Counted from the first letter of the stretch, positions 13,515-27,156 are shown. The stretch: 64,000 nt of DNA from Sphaerodactylus townsendi (GCF_021028975.2 NC_059427.1:73346001-73410000), one strand, 5' to 3'. Notes: generated from the letters alone by a model not told the origin. Numbers and translations are program-made.

Positions 13515-15409
13515 CAGCTATGCGACTGCAACCATGAGCTCTGGATGAAGATCTGGTGATCTTGAAATAGGTATGGCATTGGTTCCGATATACCAGTCCA
13601 TTTCCTCCACAGCAATCTTGTTTTAAAAGAACATAACAATGGATGTTTTTCCTTCCAGACCTATGCAAAGGTAGCAGATACGCTGCATTTCACAGTGAAC
13701 CCTTTATGGCTTTCCTTCTGGCAGCAACAAGAACTCAGTCAATGATTCTGATAGTGCACAGTTTACATAGTCCCCAAAGCATATGTGCTGGTTCCTCTAT
13801 AATACTGATGGGGTTTGAACTCGTTTATTTTGAAAGGCATTTTGGCTCCAGTGACTACAAACAAGTATAACAGTGCATGGTGGCAATTCTGTTTATTAAA
13901 TTTCAGAGATATATTCTAAAAGGTACACACACGCTTGCACACACAAAAACACTGACTTCCGATCACGAATAAAGTGATTTAGTAACAGCTGATTCTAACC
14001 AGAGGGTCACATTGCCTCAGGAACACAGCAAACTCTGCACGTATCTACTATCATGACTGCTGATAATACTTACACAATCACACTGCACACTTCATGCACT
14101 TCTCCCATAACAGGTAGCACCCAGACACACTTTGCACTCAGACATGCTCATCAGACATTTCTCCACCTCTTGGGCACATCCAGAATGGTTCTTCACATGC
14201 TCAACTGGATAAAACAGGTGTGATCATTGGAACCCCCTCCCCCCCCCCATTGTGTGAAGTGTGCCAGTTAGCTGGCAACATTTGTGCTTTCCTGCCTCTT
14301 AGCAGGAGCAATTTCCCTGCCCTCTCCTGTAGCCTCCCAGAATGTGATTGAAAGGAGAGACAGACATCCGTGCCTCCAGGCAAGAGGCTGCGGCGTTAAA
14401 GGTGAGGGTTCAATCTGGCCATTGGCTAGGATGAGGGCAGAGGCTGTTCTTTTCTGACAAGAGCCTGGAGGCTATGAGAATCTGAGTCACATAAAGCATG
14501 CAGCCAACCCATGTGGGAAACTTGCCATTCCTGGTTGCCAGACCCTTTGCACACTACTGCCTTGCTGTTTACGGGGGCTCTGATCTGTTTCTCTTAGGGA
14601 CACAGCCCCAAGCGAGGCTGGTTCCAGGGAGTGAGCAAGCGAGCGAGAGAGCGAGCGAGAGAGAGAGAGAGAGTCTGGCCATATCACAGAGGGCAAAAGA
14701 GTTGAAGATGTGGGCGGGCGGGTGGAGGGGGGGCGCTGAGCTCCCTTCCCCCAGCCTCTGGGATTGGGCTCTCCCTGCAGCAACAGCTAATAAAGCTGAG
14801 TCCTAAATAAGCATTTGATTAACAAATGCTAAAGCGGCGATTGTGTCACTGCACGGAGCTGTAATTGTTGCTGATAATTGGCTGCTTAGAATTTAATAAG
14901 CAATTAAACAGAATGGAGTGCAAGGGAATTAACGCTGAGCATGCTCCCCGCCTGCTCCCCACCCACCTGCACACTTTCCACCTGCTCCCCACATACCCTG
15001 CTCCCCACATGCTCCACACCCACTAGCTTGTTACCTGCAAGCTCCTCTCATATACTGCCTTCACCTGTATGCTTCCCACATGCTTCTCTCCTGCCAGAAT
15101 CCCTGCATGTTCCAGAAGGTATTGGAAACCTGACAGGAGAGTGATTTCCCTCACAGTCCTGACAGGCTTCCAATACCTTCTATCCACCTCCAGGCTTCCT
15201 TTCTACATGTTCCTCATGCCAGGCTCCTTCCATGTGCTGTGCAAACAATCCTGACTCACCTGCATGGTTCTCAGCGCTCCTCTCCTACCAGCCTGCTCAT
15301 TCATTCTCTCACTGTTTCTAATATGGACAGTCGCTCGTGCTCGTATCCTTCTCAAACATAACCTCTCAACCAGCATTTGTTTTTTGATTCATTCCTGCCT
15401 CCATGATAG

Positions 15410-18100
15410 TGCTCGAGGTCATCTCTGAGTGGACCTTGAGACCTCAGGCTTTTTGTCTTGGAGGATTTCAACACCCTTCAACACTCTTTGGAGGATTTCA
15501 ACACCCATATAGATTCAGCTACATCATCACAAGCAGCAGACCTGGTGTCATCCATGGCAGCACTGGGAGTTTCCTTGACTGAGGCAGTCCACACCCATCA
15601 AGAAGGCAACATGCTGCGTTTGGTGTTTGGGATGGGGGTGGATGTGGCCTTGGCATCTATAGCTAGAGTGCCATGGTCAGAAGGCCTTTGTTCTTCAGTG
15701 CCCACCGTTTAGGCAATGGGCCTGCCCACGGAGCCTCATGGATCCACTTGGTTTCCAGAATGTTTTGAGGGACCCAAAGCCTACCAAAGGTTCCCTCGAT
15801 GTGCTAGTAGAGGATTGGAATGTCTGGCTGTCTGAGGTCATCAAAGTGATCACTCCCCGGTGCCCTCTCTGCTCTAGTGTCAGTCTGCCCCCTTGGTATA
15901 CTGAAGAGCTTAGGTTGATGAAAAGGGAGATGAGACCGCAAGAGTGAGGTTGGTGGCAAAATCATGATGAAGCCACAAGAACATCTTACAGGATGTTTAT
16001 GAAGGTCACCCTATGAGATGACAGTGACAGCAGCAAAGAAGAGATTCTTTGCATCCTCCATTGCGTCTGCAAGCTCTCACTCAGCTGAATTGTTTAATGT
16101 GATTCGATCCCTTGCGGATGGGATCTAAAAGTAATGATTTGGTACTTGGCTGTGAGCCTTTTTTGCCAATAAAGTCTTGTCGCTGTGCCACAGCCTCTCA
16201 CCAAAGATTGAATTGTAAGGGAACTGGAGGCCCCTTGGCCATCTTCTGGTCCTATATGGGGGTACTATGATCTGCCCTCTCCATCTGATGTTGACATAGT
16301 GCTTGCAGGTGTGAGACCTACCTCCTGCTCTCTGGATCCATGCTCTTCATAGCTGGTGAAGGCTAGCCATGAGGTGCTATGGGGTTCTCTGCTGGAAATT
16401 GTCAACCACTCCCTATCATGGTGAGTTTTCCCAGGGAGGCTAAAAGAGGCAGTGGCATGCCTGCTCTTGAAGAAGCCATCAATAGATCCTATGGACCTGG
16501 CCAACTACTGTCCAGTCTCAATTTATTATTTCTGGGAGATATAGTTGAGAGGGTGGTTGCAGAACAGCTGCAAATATTTCTAGAGGATGCATTGGTTTTG
16601 GATCTCTTCCAGTCTGGCTTCTGCCCTGGCCATGGGATGGATACCGTGCTGGTCGCCATTACAGATGAGGTCCAGATGCAACTGGACCCAGGCAGGTCAG
16701 TGGTGCCAGTGTTATAAGACCTCACAGCAGCATTTCAAATGGTCAATTGAAACCTTTTGGCCCACCCCATGCTGATGCTGGGATTCAAGGCACAGCCTGT
16801 AAATGGCTGACCTCATTTCTCCAGGACCTGGGACAGCAGATGACACATGGGGGGGGGGGGGCATCCTGGAGGCATTGTTTGTGGTGTGCCGGAAGGGGAT
16901 AACCTCTCTCCAATGTTGTATAACATCTACACGTGGCCCCTGACGCAGCTTGTTCAGAGTTTTGGGCTGAGATGGCACCAATATGCTGATGACATTCAGT
17001 TTGTTCTGCTGAGGGATGGCCAGTCAGCCACTGCCCCAGATGTTCTGGTGTAATGATTGGGAGCTGTGGCTGGTTGGTTGGAAAAGAGCAGACTAAGGTT
17101 GAATCCATCGAAGAGGGATGCACTGTGGACTAGTTCGGACTAGTCCAGTGGAAGATTCCCAACTGGCAAGATTTGGCGATGTGGCATTACATCCAGCCAC
17201 ATCTGTTAAAAACCTGGGTGTGGCTTTGGAATCCTCCCTGTCTATGGAGGTCCAAGTCACAAATATGGCAAGGGTTGCCTTTTACCATCTCTGGCAGGCT
17301 AGGCATTTGGCCCCTTACTTATCCCATTCTGACTTAGCCACAGTGATCCATGCAATGGTCACCTCCAGGTTAGACTGCTGTAACTCACTCAATGCGGGCC
17401 TGCCCTTGAGACTGACTCGGAAGTTGACACAGGTCCAGAATGCAGCTGCAAGGCTTCTCACCGGAGTATCAGTGAGACAGCACGTAGCACCTGTGCTCTG
17501 GCAGCTGCACTGGTTGCCAGTGCAATTCTGAATCAGGTTCAAGATTTTGGTTCTAACCTTTAAGGCTCTGAGCAGTCTGAGACCCTCATATCTGTGGAAC
17601 TGCATCACCCATATTGCCCACCAAGGGCACTCCGGTCCTCTGATGGAAATCTCCTGGTGGTTCCTGGCCCCAAAGACATTAGATGGGCCTCAACCAGAGC
17701 CAGGGCTTTTTCTGCAGGGTCTTGCGGGACCTGAAACTGTTCCACAGGGCCTGCGAGACAGAGAGTTCCACTGGACTTTTGGTTGAGGCCATGCATTTGC
17801 TCCAAAGTTCATTTGCCAGTCTCCCGAAAACTAACCCTCAACACACTACTGCCACCTGGCATCGCCCCCCTCTGTTAATTTCTCCTATGTTCAGACAGTG
17901 GGGATCTGGTTTGAGGTGAGCTGGAGAGTTTTTCATCGGTGTAGGTTATATGTTTGCCATCTGAATTTTGTTAGGTGTTAAATGTTAATGAGCTGGCTTT
18001 ATAATTATTTTATAGAATGTTTTAAAACATGTATGTATGCTGCCCTGAGACTGGCCATGGGTGGGAAGGGTGGGATACAAATTAATTAATTAAATAAAAT
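15410..18100 (+). mobile_element. Decayed L2-clade LINE (endonuclease remnant, RT, 3' tail)
   Basis: Fragments EDFNTHID, FQSGFCPGHGMDT, CGVPEGDNLSPMLYNIY, HQYADDIQ, VKNLGV, VTSRLDCCNSL..GLP, QVQNAAARLLTG, with many stops and frameshifts and an A/T-rich tail near 18080-18100. Confidence 0.9.
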
Positions 18101-18276
18101 AGCATAAATATTCCTATACTCTTTCCACATCCCAGATTCTGCATATATTTGATGCATGTTTTTGTATGTCTCAGCATGCAATTCCAAATTCTTGTATACA
18201 TGACTTTGCATACCTACATACACTACATGGCCCCTTTTAATGATCACTTGATCTTGGCTACTGCCCTGAGAAGCTA

Positions 18277-18552
18277 GAAGAAGAAGAAGAAGAGTTTAGA
18301 TTTATATCCCCCTTTCTCTCCGGTAGGAGACTCAAAGGGGCTTACAATCTCCTTTCCCTTCCCCCCTCACAATAAACACCCTGTGAGGTGGGTGGGGCTG
18401 AGAGAGCTCCAAAGAGCTGTGACTAGCCCAAGGTCACCCAGCTGGCGTGTGTGGGAGTGTACAGGCTAATCTGAATTCCCCAGATAAGCCTCCACAACTC
18501 AAGTGGCAGAGCTGGGAATCAAACCCGGTTCCTCCAGATTAGATACACAAGC
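18277..18552 (-). mobile_element. tRNA-derived SINE, Squam3-like (gecko type)
   Basis: B-box-like GGTTTGATTCCC on the minus strand and a (TTC)n tail. Near-identical to the copy at 58058-58365. Confidence 0.8.
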
Positions 18553-19153
18553 TACCGCTACATTAACTTGGAAGTAGCTAAACAGTGGCTTTAGACAATT
18601 GACTAGAAGTCAGTAGGAATCTACCCCATACAATTAGGAGACCTATCAATTAGGAGACAATCAATAAATGCCATCCAAATATAAGGGACTTTCCCTCAGG
18701 GTCTTATGGACTTCATAAAAGCCCTGCTACATCTGACCAAATGTCCATCTGGTCCCACCCACAGCTTTGGCTTCTTTGACATTTATAAGTAAGGCTGAAT
18801 TATGCTCCTCCCTGGATGTCTGTCTCTGACACTCTGCCTCTGCCTCTGAACATATAGCATAGACTCTGCAAATAGTGGTCTTCTGCACATAACATTAACA
18901 CCAGAAACCAGTCTTTCTTTTCTAAGTTAATTTGCATTCCCTCAAGAAGTTCCAGAGGTTCCATCTAGCTGGGCAGGTCACAGAATCCATCACCACACTA
19001 CGTGCCTCTAGGAAGTAGATATGTAGGCTGGTTGTGAAAACTCTTTCTGCAGAGATTTTCAAGAAAATGCTTTATAACAGGTATCTGCCAGAGATGCTGT
19101 TGGAATGGGATATTCTGCTATACGAGATATATTCCACAAGATCCTATAGTCTT

Positions 19154-19605
19154 TGTAGTCGACCCACGCGGTCAGCGTAAGAACGAGACGAGACGCGGAG
19201 ATAACATCTGGTGGAGATCGCCAGCAGCGGGAGACCGGAGGTCCGTGTTCCTAGCGAGTCTCCCGTCTGCCGGTTCCTGGCACCTTTTATTGTTATTCTA
19301 TCGGGGGCGTGTAGGAGGGAGGACCGGGGGGAGTTCCGGGAGAACGGGAGGCGGGAGGTCGGGAGATCATCATGTGATGCATGATCTCACCTGGCTACGT
19401 GCGGAGAGGAGCGTAAGCGTCTGAGCCTAATCCTCACCTGGGGGCAAGACCATTGTCCCTGCGCCCGGTGATTGAGCCAGACAGTTCACGACCCGTGACT
19501 CATGGGGGATGAGGAGTGGGGGTGCGGTGCGACCAGAAGGCCGTAGGTCCGTTGGCGTCCCAACGTTCTACTACGGTGCTGCTGGGTCAGCAGTGCATTA
19601 CTACA
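19154..19605 (-). mobile_element. Young solo LTR of an endogenous retrovirus (452 bp; 6-bp TSD suggests class II/ERV2-like)
   Basis: Termini TGTAGT...ACTACA, exact 6-bp TSD AGTCTT (19148-19153, 19606-19611), CpG-rich, AATAAA on the minus strand at 19286-19291. Confidence 0.85.
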
Positions 19606-20094
19606 AGTCTTCTGTGATTCATTGTCCTAGATCTGAAAATTATCACAAAGCTGAAAAACCAAGGCCACTGAGCTTTTTGTCTTTTTTTGAATTTTTTTTT
19701 ATCTTGAAATAGCAAGATTCCTTTTCAGCACTGGAGCTATATTTTTTCCCGTATTTCAGTGGTTTACAGATGAAGTATCTTACTTACCTGACATCTAGCA
19801 ATCAGTTAATCTTGTTCTACACTCCTCACGTATATGCAAGCATGCGGAGAGGCACAAACACATATTCTTGATTCTATCTTACGGATGTTTCTACCTGTGA
19901 CTTAGCTGATTGGAAGTTGGTAATATTCTCAGATACGAATTTTATGGAGAGCCAGCATGGTGTAGTGGTTAAGAGTGGTGAACTCTGTTCTGGAGACCTG
20001 GGTTTGATTCCCTACTCCTCCACACAAAATCTGATGGGTAACCTTGGGGCAGTCATAGCTCTCTCAGAAGGGTGAGCTGCAGTATAATAATCTG

Positions 20095-21500
20095 ATTGCT
20101 CAGATAGATCCTGAGAAGGGCAACCAAGATGTTGGAAACCAAGCTCTATGAGGCAGAAAGCTTGGAGAAGAGAAGAGTAAAGAGGAGATGTGATTCCTGC
20201 CTTCATGCATCTGAAGGGCTGTCATATAGGAGATGAGTGGACAGTGAAGTAGAAGTAGATTTCAGTTAAATATTATATATATTTAGAAGTAGATTTCAGT
20301 TAAATATATAGAAGTAGATTTCAGTTAAATATTAGAAGTAGATTTCAGTTAAATATTAGAAGAAACTTCCTAATAGTAAGAGTTGTTCAACATTGGAACG
20401 AGCGACATCAGGAGGCGATAGACAATCCTGCAGGGGCGTAATGAGGCAGCCCTGGGCAAACTGTAGCCCTGGGCAAAACCTGAGTTGGATGCCCCCCCCC
20501 CCCCACCATGGGCGGCCACTCCACCACAACCAAATTTCTTTTTGCACCAGGACATTGGTGCCTGCAGGGGATGCATTTTTAGACATATCAGCACCAAAAT
20601 CTCAGCATATCACCAGGAGACTGTCCTTATGCTACTCCCCAAGTTTGGTGAGGTTTGGTTCAAGGAGTCCAAAGTTATGGACTCCCAAAGGGGGTGCCCC
20701 CTCCCCCATTGTTTCCAATGGGAGCTAATAGGAGATGGGGGCTACAGTTTTGAGGGTCCATAACTTTGGGCCCCCTGAACCAAACTGCACCAAGCTTGGG
20801 GGGTGCCATCATCTCCAGATGATACCCTGAAATTTTGGTGCCGATACATCCAAAAATGCACCTCCTGCAGGAACATCCTAGAAATTTGCCCAAGAATCTT
20901 TGTTCTGCATTGAGTTTTCTGCATTGCTGTCAATGGGGGTTGCAGGCTGTGGGGGGCACATTTCTAAAAGCACAGTCTCAAAACTTTCAGGGTATTATCA
21001 GGAGACTGCCCTAATGATACCCCCCAAATTTGGTGCAATTTGGTTCAGGGGGGCCAAAGTTATGGACCCTCAAAACTGTAGCCCCCAATCTCCTATTAGC
21101 TCCCATTGGAAACAATGGGGGATAGGGGCACCCCCTTTGGGAGTCCATAACTTTGGATTCCCTGAACCAAACCTCACCAAACTTGGGGGGTAGCATAAGG
21201 ACAGTCTCCTGGTGATACGCTGAAATTGTGGTGCCGCTAGCCTAAAAACTGCGCCCCCTGCAGGCCAAAAATGGAAAACCACTAAAATACCCAAAAACGA
21301 ACCCAGCATTTTGATGCCCCCCACAAGGTGATGCCCTGGGCAGCTGCCCACCTTGCCCAATGGGCATTACGCCAGTGCAATCCTGCAGTGGTGGTATTTA
21401 GGCAGTGACCAGATAGAGACCTTCAGGGATGCTACAATTGCATATTCCTGACCTAAGCAGGTGATTGGATTAGACTACCTGCAAGGTCCCTTCTAATACT
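20095..21500 (+). mobile_element. Old CR1 3' fragment interrupted by a hAT element; contains a ~24-bp tandem repeat (AGAAGTAGATTTCAGTTAAATAT x4, ~20250-20360)
   Basis: CR1-like 3' motifs (TCTGAAGGGCTGTCA, AAACTTCCTAATAGTAAGAG, TTGGATTAGA...AAGGTCCCTTCTAA) on both sides of the insertion. Confidence 0.6.
20431..21377. mobile_element. Fold-back non-autonomous hAT-type element (947 bp)
   Basis: TIRs CAGGGGCGTAATG / CATTACGCCAGTG, exact 8-bp TSD CAATCCTG, and long internal inverted arms (~20560-20830 vs ~20990-21260). Confidence 0.85.
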
Positions 21501-24500
21501 CTTTGGCTGATTATACACAAGGTGTTTGCTCCATGGTGGGGGCAAATGTCCACCATGGCAAGATTTCTTGTACGGGCATATTTTCTCTTGTCCCACTTTC
21601 ACTTTCCACTCTCTCCACAGCGAGCAAATCTACTTATAGCATGATTTTTAATTTTGCTTAACTGTTAGAGTGGGACAGATTTGCTAGTGGGCACTAACCC
21701 CCTGCCCTGTTGGCACTAACCCGGACCTCTCCCCTCCACCCTCAGCCAGCCTGCCTAGTCTTACCCCCCACACACACACTCACTTGCACTGATTTGCATG
21801 CTTCCCCCTTGCCCTCCCCCTTGTTGCCGACTACTTCCCACTTCCCGCTTCTTGTCCTGCTGCATCACTTCTATTGCCCGTGGCCTCCCCGCTCCTGCAT
21901 ATCTTTAGATCTTTAGATTAAAAAAATTAAATTAGATTAAAACCATATCAATAGATCAATAAATCGATATTAATACTAAAAAAATGTAAAAATAATAAGA
22001 CTAGTTGATCAGTCCAAACACCCAATTTTCCTCTGCATTTGATCAACAAACTGGGACGTCTCCTGCCTCGTAGTTTTAGACATAAGCAATCAAAGATTCC
22101 AGACCACACGGGGAAAAGCCTGTCAGTCTTGATGTTTGGGTTTATAGCACATTGGGAAAAGGACAATCGTGAACCTGGGGAGCTTAGCAAATGGCAGTTC
22201 ATGTTATCCTTTTGCAGTTTTGCAGTTTGAAAGTGCCATTACTCCCCCCCCTCACTTCCCACCATAAAAAAATCAGTTTGGGTAAAGTGTAAAGACGCCA
22301 TATTCAAGACTTTTAGCCTTTTTCATGTCAACCTATATTAAAAATTAAAGCAAACATGTGCAATAGAGAACCTGCAGAACATAGCCGTCACCCCCCAGAT
22401 GCAAGCAAAAAGCCAGCTGATGGGTAATGCCTGCCCCACTGCAAACAGGGTGGTGGGCAATAATGCCGAACATGGCCCGAAACAAAGACCCCCTGGCTAA
22501 TTCTCTTTGAAGTCGCAGGAACCTTGCCGTGCATAATCGGCCTATGATTCTATAGGTTGAGCAGGTATCACACTGGTACAGAAGCTAACACATAGGCTTG
22601 TAGTGACAGTACAAAAGTATCTCTGCTAAAATGCAAACTCTCTGTCAGCCAAATGCCAACCTGCTCCTTTCAACTGTTCTTGCGAAAACTCTGCCAGGCA
22701 AAACTGAAAACAGCTATGCAGTGTCAGTACGAAGGGCTATCTTCAGATACGTTCCAGACAGCTGGACTCTAGGCAATTGCCCATTCGTTCCTAGTTGCTT
22801 GCCATCAAAGATAGGCCACATTAGAGCCCGAAAGAGACAGTTGCTTTTCAGTTTTTCATAGCAGAACAGCGCGTCTCTCAGCAATGCATCTGCAAGTCTC
22901 CAGCCCCCAGTCCCCACCATCCCTTCTCCTATTACCATTCCAAGTTGGGGAAAAATCCATTCTAAAAAGTGGAAATTGGCTCAAGGGCAAAATAAATGAT
23001 GCAGAAACCAGTGGATACATGCAAACGTGTTTACATTTATTTGGTTTTTAAAAATGTGCAGTTCCTTGGGAGAGAAGCTAAATTTGGATATATCTGTTCT
23101 TAATTTATTATTTATTTAGCTCATTTTGATCTCCCCCTACCTCCAAGGAGTTCAGGGCAGGGTGTATTATTCTTCCACTTATGCGCACACGCAGAAACCC
23201 TGCAAGGCAGGCTGGGAGTTCCTGGCCCAAGGTCACGCAGCAACTTCCATGCGACAACAGTGATCTGAACCTGGGTCAAGCCGATCCCAGTCTGACATCC
23301 TGGTATAATTTCAAGAAGACAGCACAATTTAATTATGGCCCCAGCATGCATTGCTCCTCAGAGGCAAAACGAAACCCCCGCAATCAACTGCTACGCATCT
23401 ATCTCTGATTCACCCTCAATTCTGTGCTCTTCCAGGTCAGATGAGGGGAAAAAAGAAGGCCCAACCAAGCTCTCGCATGAGGGAGATGTTAAACGTGGGA
23501 ATTGTGGTTTTGAGGGAAGGTCTGGTCCATGACAAAAATACCTCCCCCCCCCGCAAAAGTGCAAAAATGGTAGCTATTTGAGTGATGCATGCCAAGGCTC
23601 TCAGAATTGTTTATAAAACCTTTTGACAGCAGCAAAAAATCATCATTGCTAAGGCACAGAAGTCTGCTGAAAGATTGGCTTGCTAAACTGTGAGAAATTG
23701 CAGAGATGTAGAAACTGGCATTTTATGCTCATCTGAGAGAAAAGATATTAAATATAGAATCATTTGTGAGTAAGTGGAAATTATTTTTGAACCGCTGGGA
23801 TAATGTAAAAGGGGCAGATCCTGTCTCCAACCATGGCTGAGCTTTGCTTTTTGATCAAGTGCTGCCAACAAGTGCGACTCTAATGTTTAAGCAGCCTCAG
23901 TTTTTGTCCATGAAGCCCCATGGCAGTCCCCAGTGGACAACGTCCACTTGGTCTCAGAGGTCAAAGGAGGCTTTTGCGAGGGGGATGGAAGAGAGTGATT
24001 TGGCTTCTTTTGACCAACGCACTCCCCCCCCCCCTTCCAATGTGTTCTGAACTGATTGTGATGCTACAGCAGAGGAAGATACAGCTTCTGGAGCCAGACA
24101 GACTGTGCCCCCCTCCTTGCTTGTATGGACTGCCTCTATTTCCAATAACAATTTTTCCTATCCCTCACCAGGGCCAAAATGGGAATCTTATTCATGCACA
24201 AACAATTTCAGGCCTACTGCTCCTGCAGCACCATGTCTTGTCCTAGCCAGCCTTTTCCTACTGTACTTGGAAGAGGCCACTTCTCTTCTTCACCCTGCAC
24301 AGGGCCCAGCTCTACTGTGGCATAAGACTATTTCCATGGGCTTCTGGACCAAGTCCTTACAACCACTTACTTAACCATCCACCTCACTGCCTTTTCCCAA
24401 ACAGACAACTCAAAGGATTATCTCTGCTCTGCGGGTTCTCAGATGGCCAGAAGAGGGCACTGTGAATAACTCTCTTGCTGAGTCAGTCCTCCACCCACTG

Positions 24501-27156
24501 GTGGTCAACCAGATGTGCATTGATACAGGACACTAACTGCAGCTAGATGAGAAAAGAAGGTAGGAACCAGAGGGCTTCCCTTACTTCCTGAAGCTCCTTG
24601 GGAGCCAACCTGCCAGGCATTGCATCCCGCTCACGTCTGGCTGCCTAGTATAGTAAGGTACTGCAGCTAATTTACGTGGGGAAGATAAATGGCACCATAA
24701 CGCTCCGGTTATTACCCCTCAGCACTTTTACAGCGTTGCTGGCAATTAATTTAATTAAAACCCCTGTCCTGGATATAAAGGCATTTCATAATTCACTGAT
24801 TTAACAACTCTCACTTTCCCCCACCCCCCATCCCAGCCTCCAGCTCTGCTGCCTGCAGCTGAGCCAGGGGGCATCTGGATCCAATAAACACTAGCCCACA
24901 TGTATCTGCACACAAAGCAGAGTCTGTATACCTGCCTCTCCGAGAATCTTACAATAAAATATCCACTAGTGGCAAGCATGCTTTATTTTGTGCATGCATA
25001 CACAGGCACACAAACACAGAGTTCTCCTAAACTATACGTTGGAAACACATATTCTTCACTCATACCCACTGAGTTATAGCATACCAAATGGTACACATCA
25101 AAAATAAATTGTGGAGCATTTAGACACATGTGAACACACATGGTACTGTGTTGGCCAGTCATTGAAAGGGAGATAAAAATCCAAGTGCGTTGCAATTATT
25201 CCACAAAATGTGCATGCAGGATCCAAAAATCTGCCTGAAGTGTGCACACCGCTTTGCCCACAGCCTCTCCATTCATACCTTGAACACCGACCATGACAGT
25301 AATCCTGAATTATGCCGCCTCCTCTGATGCTACACAAACATCTCCTGTGCATCTGCCTGATCCACCTACTGCTGGGCTACTTATCTACAGGCAGAACCAT
25401 CATCTTATTGGAAACAGCTTTATTTATTTCTTTTACTTCCCTCCCCAACTCATTATGGCTATAAAGCGCAATATGTCCTTTCCCTTCCACTCACCCGCCA
25501 AAGGCTTCTTGTGTCTGGCACAGGGAAACAGCACCTGGCAGTGCAAGAGTGGCGTCTGCAGAGCCCTGCGTTTTTAATCCCACCATGCAAAGTGAATTTA
25601 GCAGGCTCTAAAATTGGGCATTCAGCTTTGTCACAAAAACTAATGCACACAATCTAGCACAGAAGCCCAAGCAATTGTCCCTGGTGGGAGACATTCTGGA
25701 ACAGGAGGCCATGCAGGGGGTTAAGAATCGGGGGTGGCAGGAGGGGTGGGACAAAGCACAACCGAGAGGGGCTGGGAGACAGTGTGACGGGGAACCCAGA
25801 AATGAAAGATCAGGAAGCTTCAGGGTAGTGTGATTCTGGGTGTGTGAGCAGTACTGAGTGTTGTACTTAAATGGGCGTGCAACAGAAAAGGTTTAAAGGA
25901 TGAAGAATATTTGCAGTGCTGCACGCATGGGAGTATACAGCTGGACTTCTGGAAAGGTGCTGAAAGGTCAGGATTGAGACATATTGGCAGAGTTTGCAGG
26001 GAGGGAGGGAGGCAGGGAGGACAATCAGGTGCCGGACAAGTCAGGAATGATGTGCTGGGAAACTGCAATGCCACGATCAAATGGCAGATTGCGGAATATG
26101 TGCTTTGTCACCAGGAAAAAAGGCTTTTTATCCTTTGCTGGCTCGTCTCTGTTGAATTATGCTTTTGATGGTCATACCTGTGACCCTCATTGACTAAGGT
26201 CTGGTCTATACCTGCAGTGGAATAGAACAGTACAATCTTAAGGTGGTGGAGCGGAATGTGTAATTTCAAACTATAGGTGGAGGGGCCCACATTTTCAAAT
26301 CCCCAACCCAGTTTTAAATATTCAACACAGGGCAGGAGGGGACTGGCACATCAGGCAAAAATGTTCAGCACAGTGCATCTTTCATCCTGCTGTTCTAGTT
26401 CTCCTTTCAGGGGGTTACTTTATGCAAGGAAGCTTTCAAAAGACAATCCCTCATCAGCAGTCTGAAGATGTACAGGCCACTCGACCACCTCAGGATTTAA
26501 CCACCGCATTCGCATGTCATGGTGCTGCACCGTGTAGATCCTATTTGAATTGGTGAGCTGACTTGGTGAGAGGAGATGACTTAGAATGTTTAATTAGTTG
26601 CTCAGGAAAGTAAATAGTTTCCAGTCTAGTTCTAGTCAGGATACGGATGGAGTTCAAGTTAGCTGAGAGTGTGAACCCTCACATGAAGCAAGTTGTGGTC
26701 ACAGTATGGAGGGAATCTCAGGAAACCAAGCAGCAAGAAGGCAAAAGAGCCAGTTAGAAGAGGAAGTGGACTGAGGAAAGCAGCCTGAAGGAAGAACAGG
26801 TTCAGGCTGAAACTTGAGGGAGAAACTGAGTCAAGGCACTAAATCTAGAAGGGACTCAACAATTCTTTAGAAATTTTGTAGTGCTTAATATCAGGGGCGG
26901 TTGTAGCCAAGGGACATCCAGGGTGGTTGCCGTGGGCCTGGCATTGGAGGCCAACAACTACTGTTCAGCCAGATGCCCAGGCTGCTACCCTGCATCTGCA
27001 TCTGCCACTGCTACACTTTGCTGATGTGGAGGCTTCAGGGCAGCTCAGTTGCAGGGTGATTGGAAGGCCTCCCACTGCCCTGGAACTAGTTGCCTGTCTC
27101 CCTGACTGAGGCTACTACCCACAACTCCAGCAGCTTTGGAATTGCGTGTGTGTGGC

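Noticed and set aside
14940-15300. C-rich CCTGCTCCC-like stretch as coding sequence
   Set aside because: Degenerate low-complexity minisatellite.
20246-20362. Short direct repeats as a CRISPR-like array
   Set aside because: Eukaryotic DNA; the units are head-to-tail without unique spacers, consistent with slippage inside a CR1 fragment.
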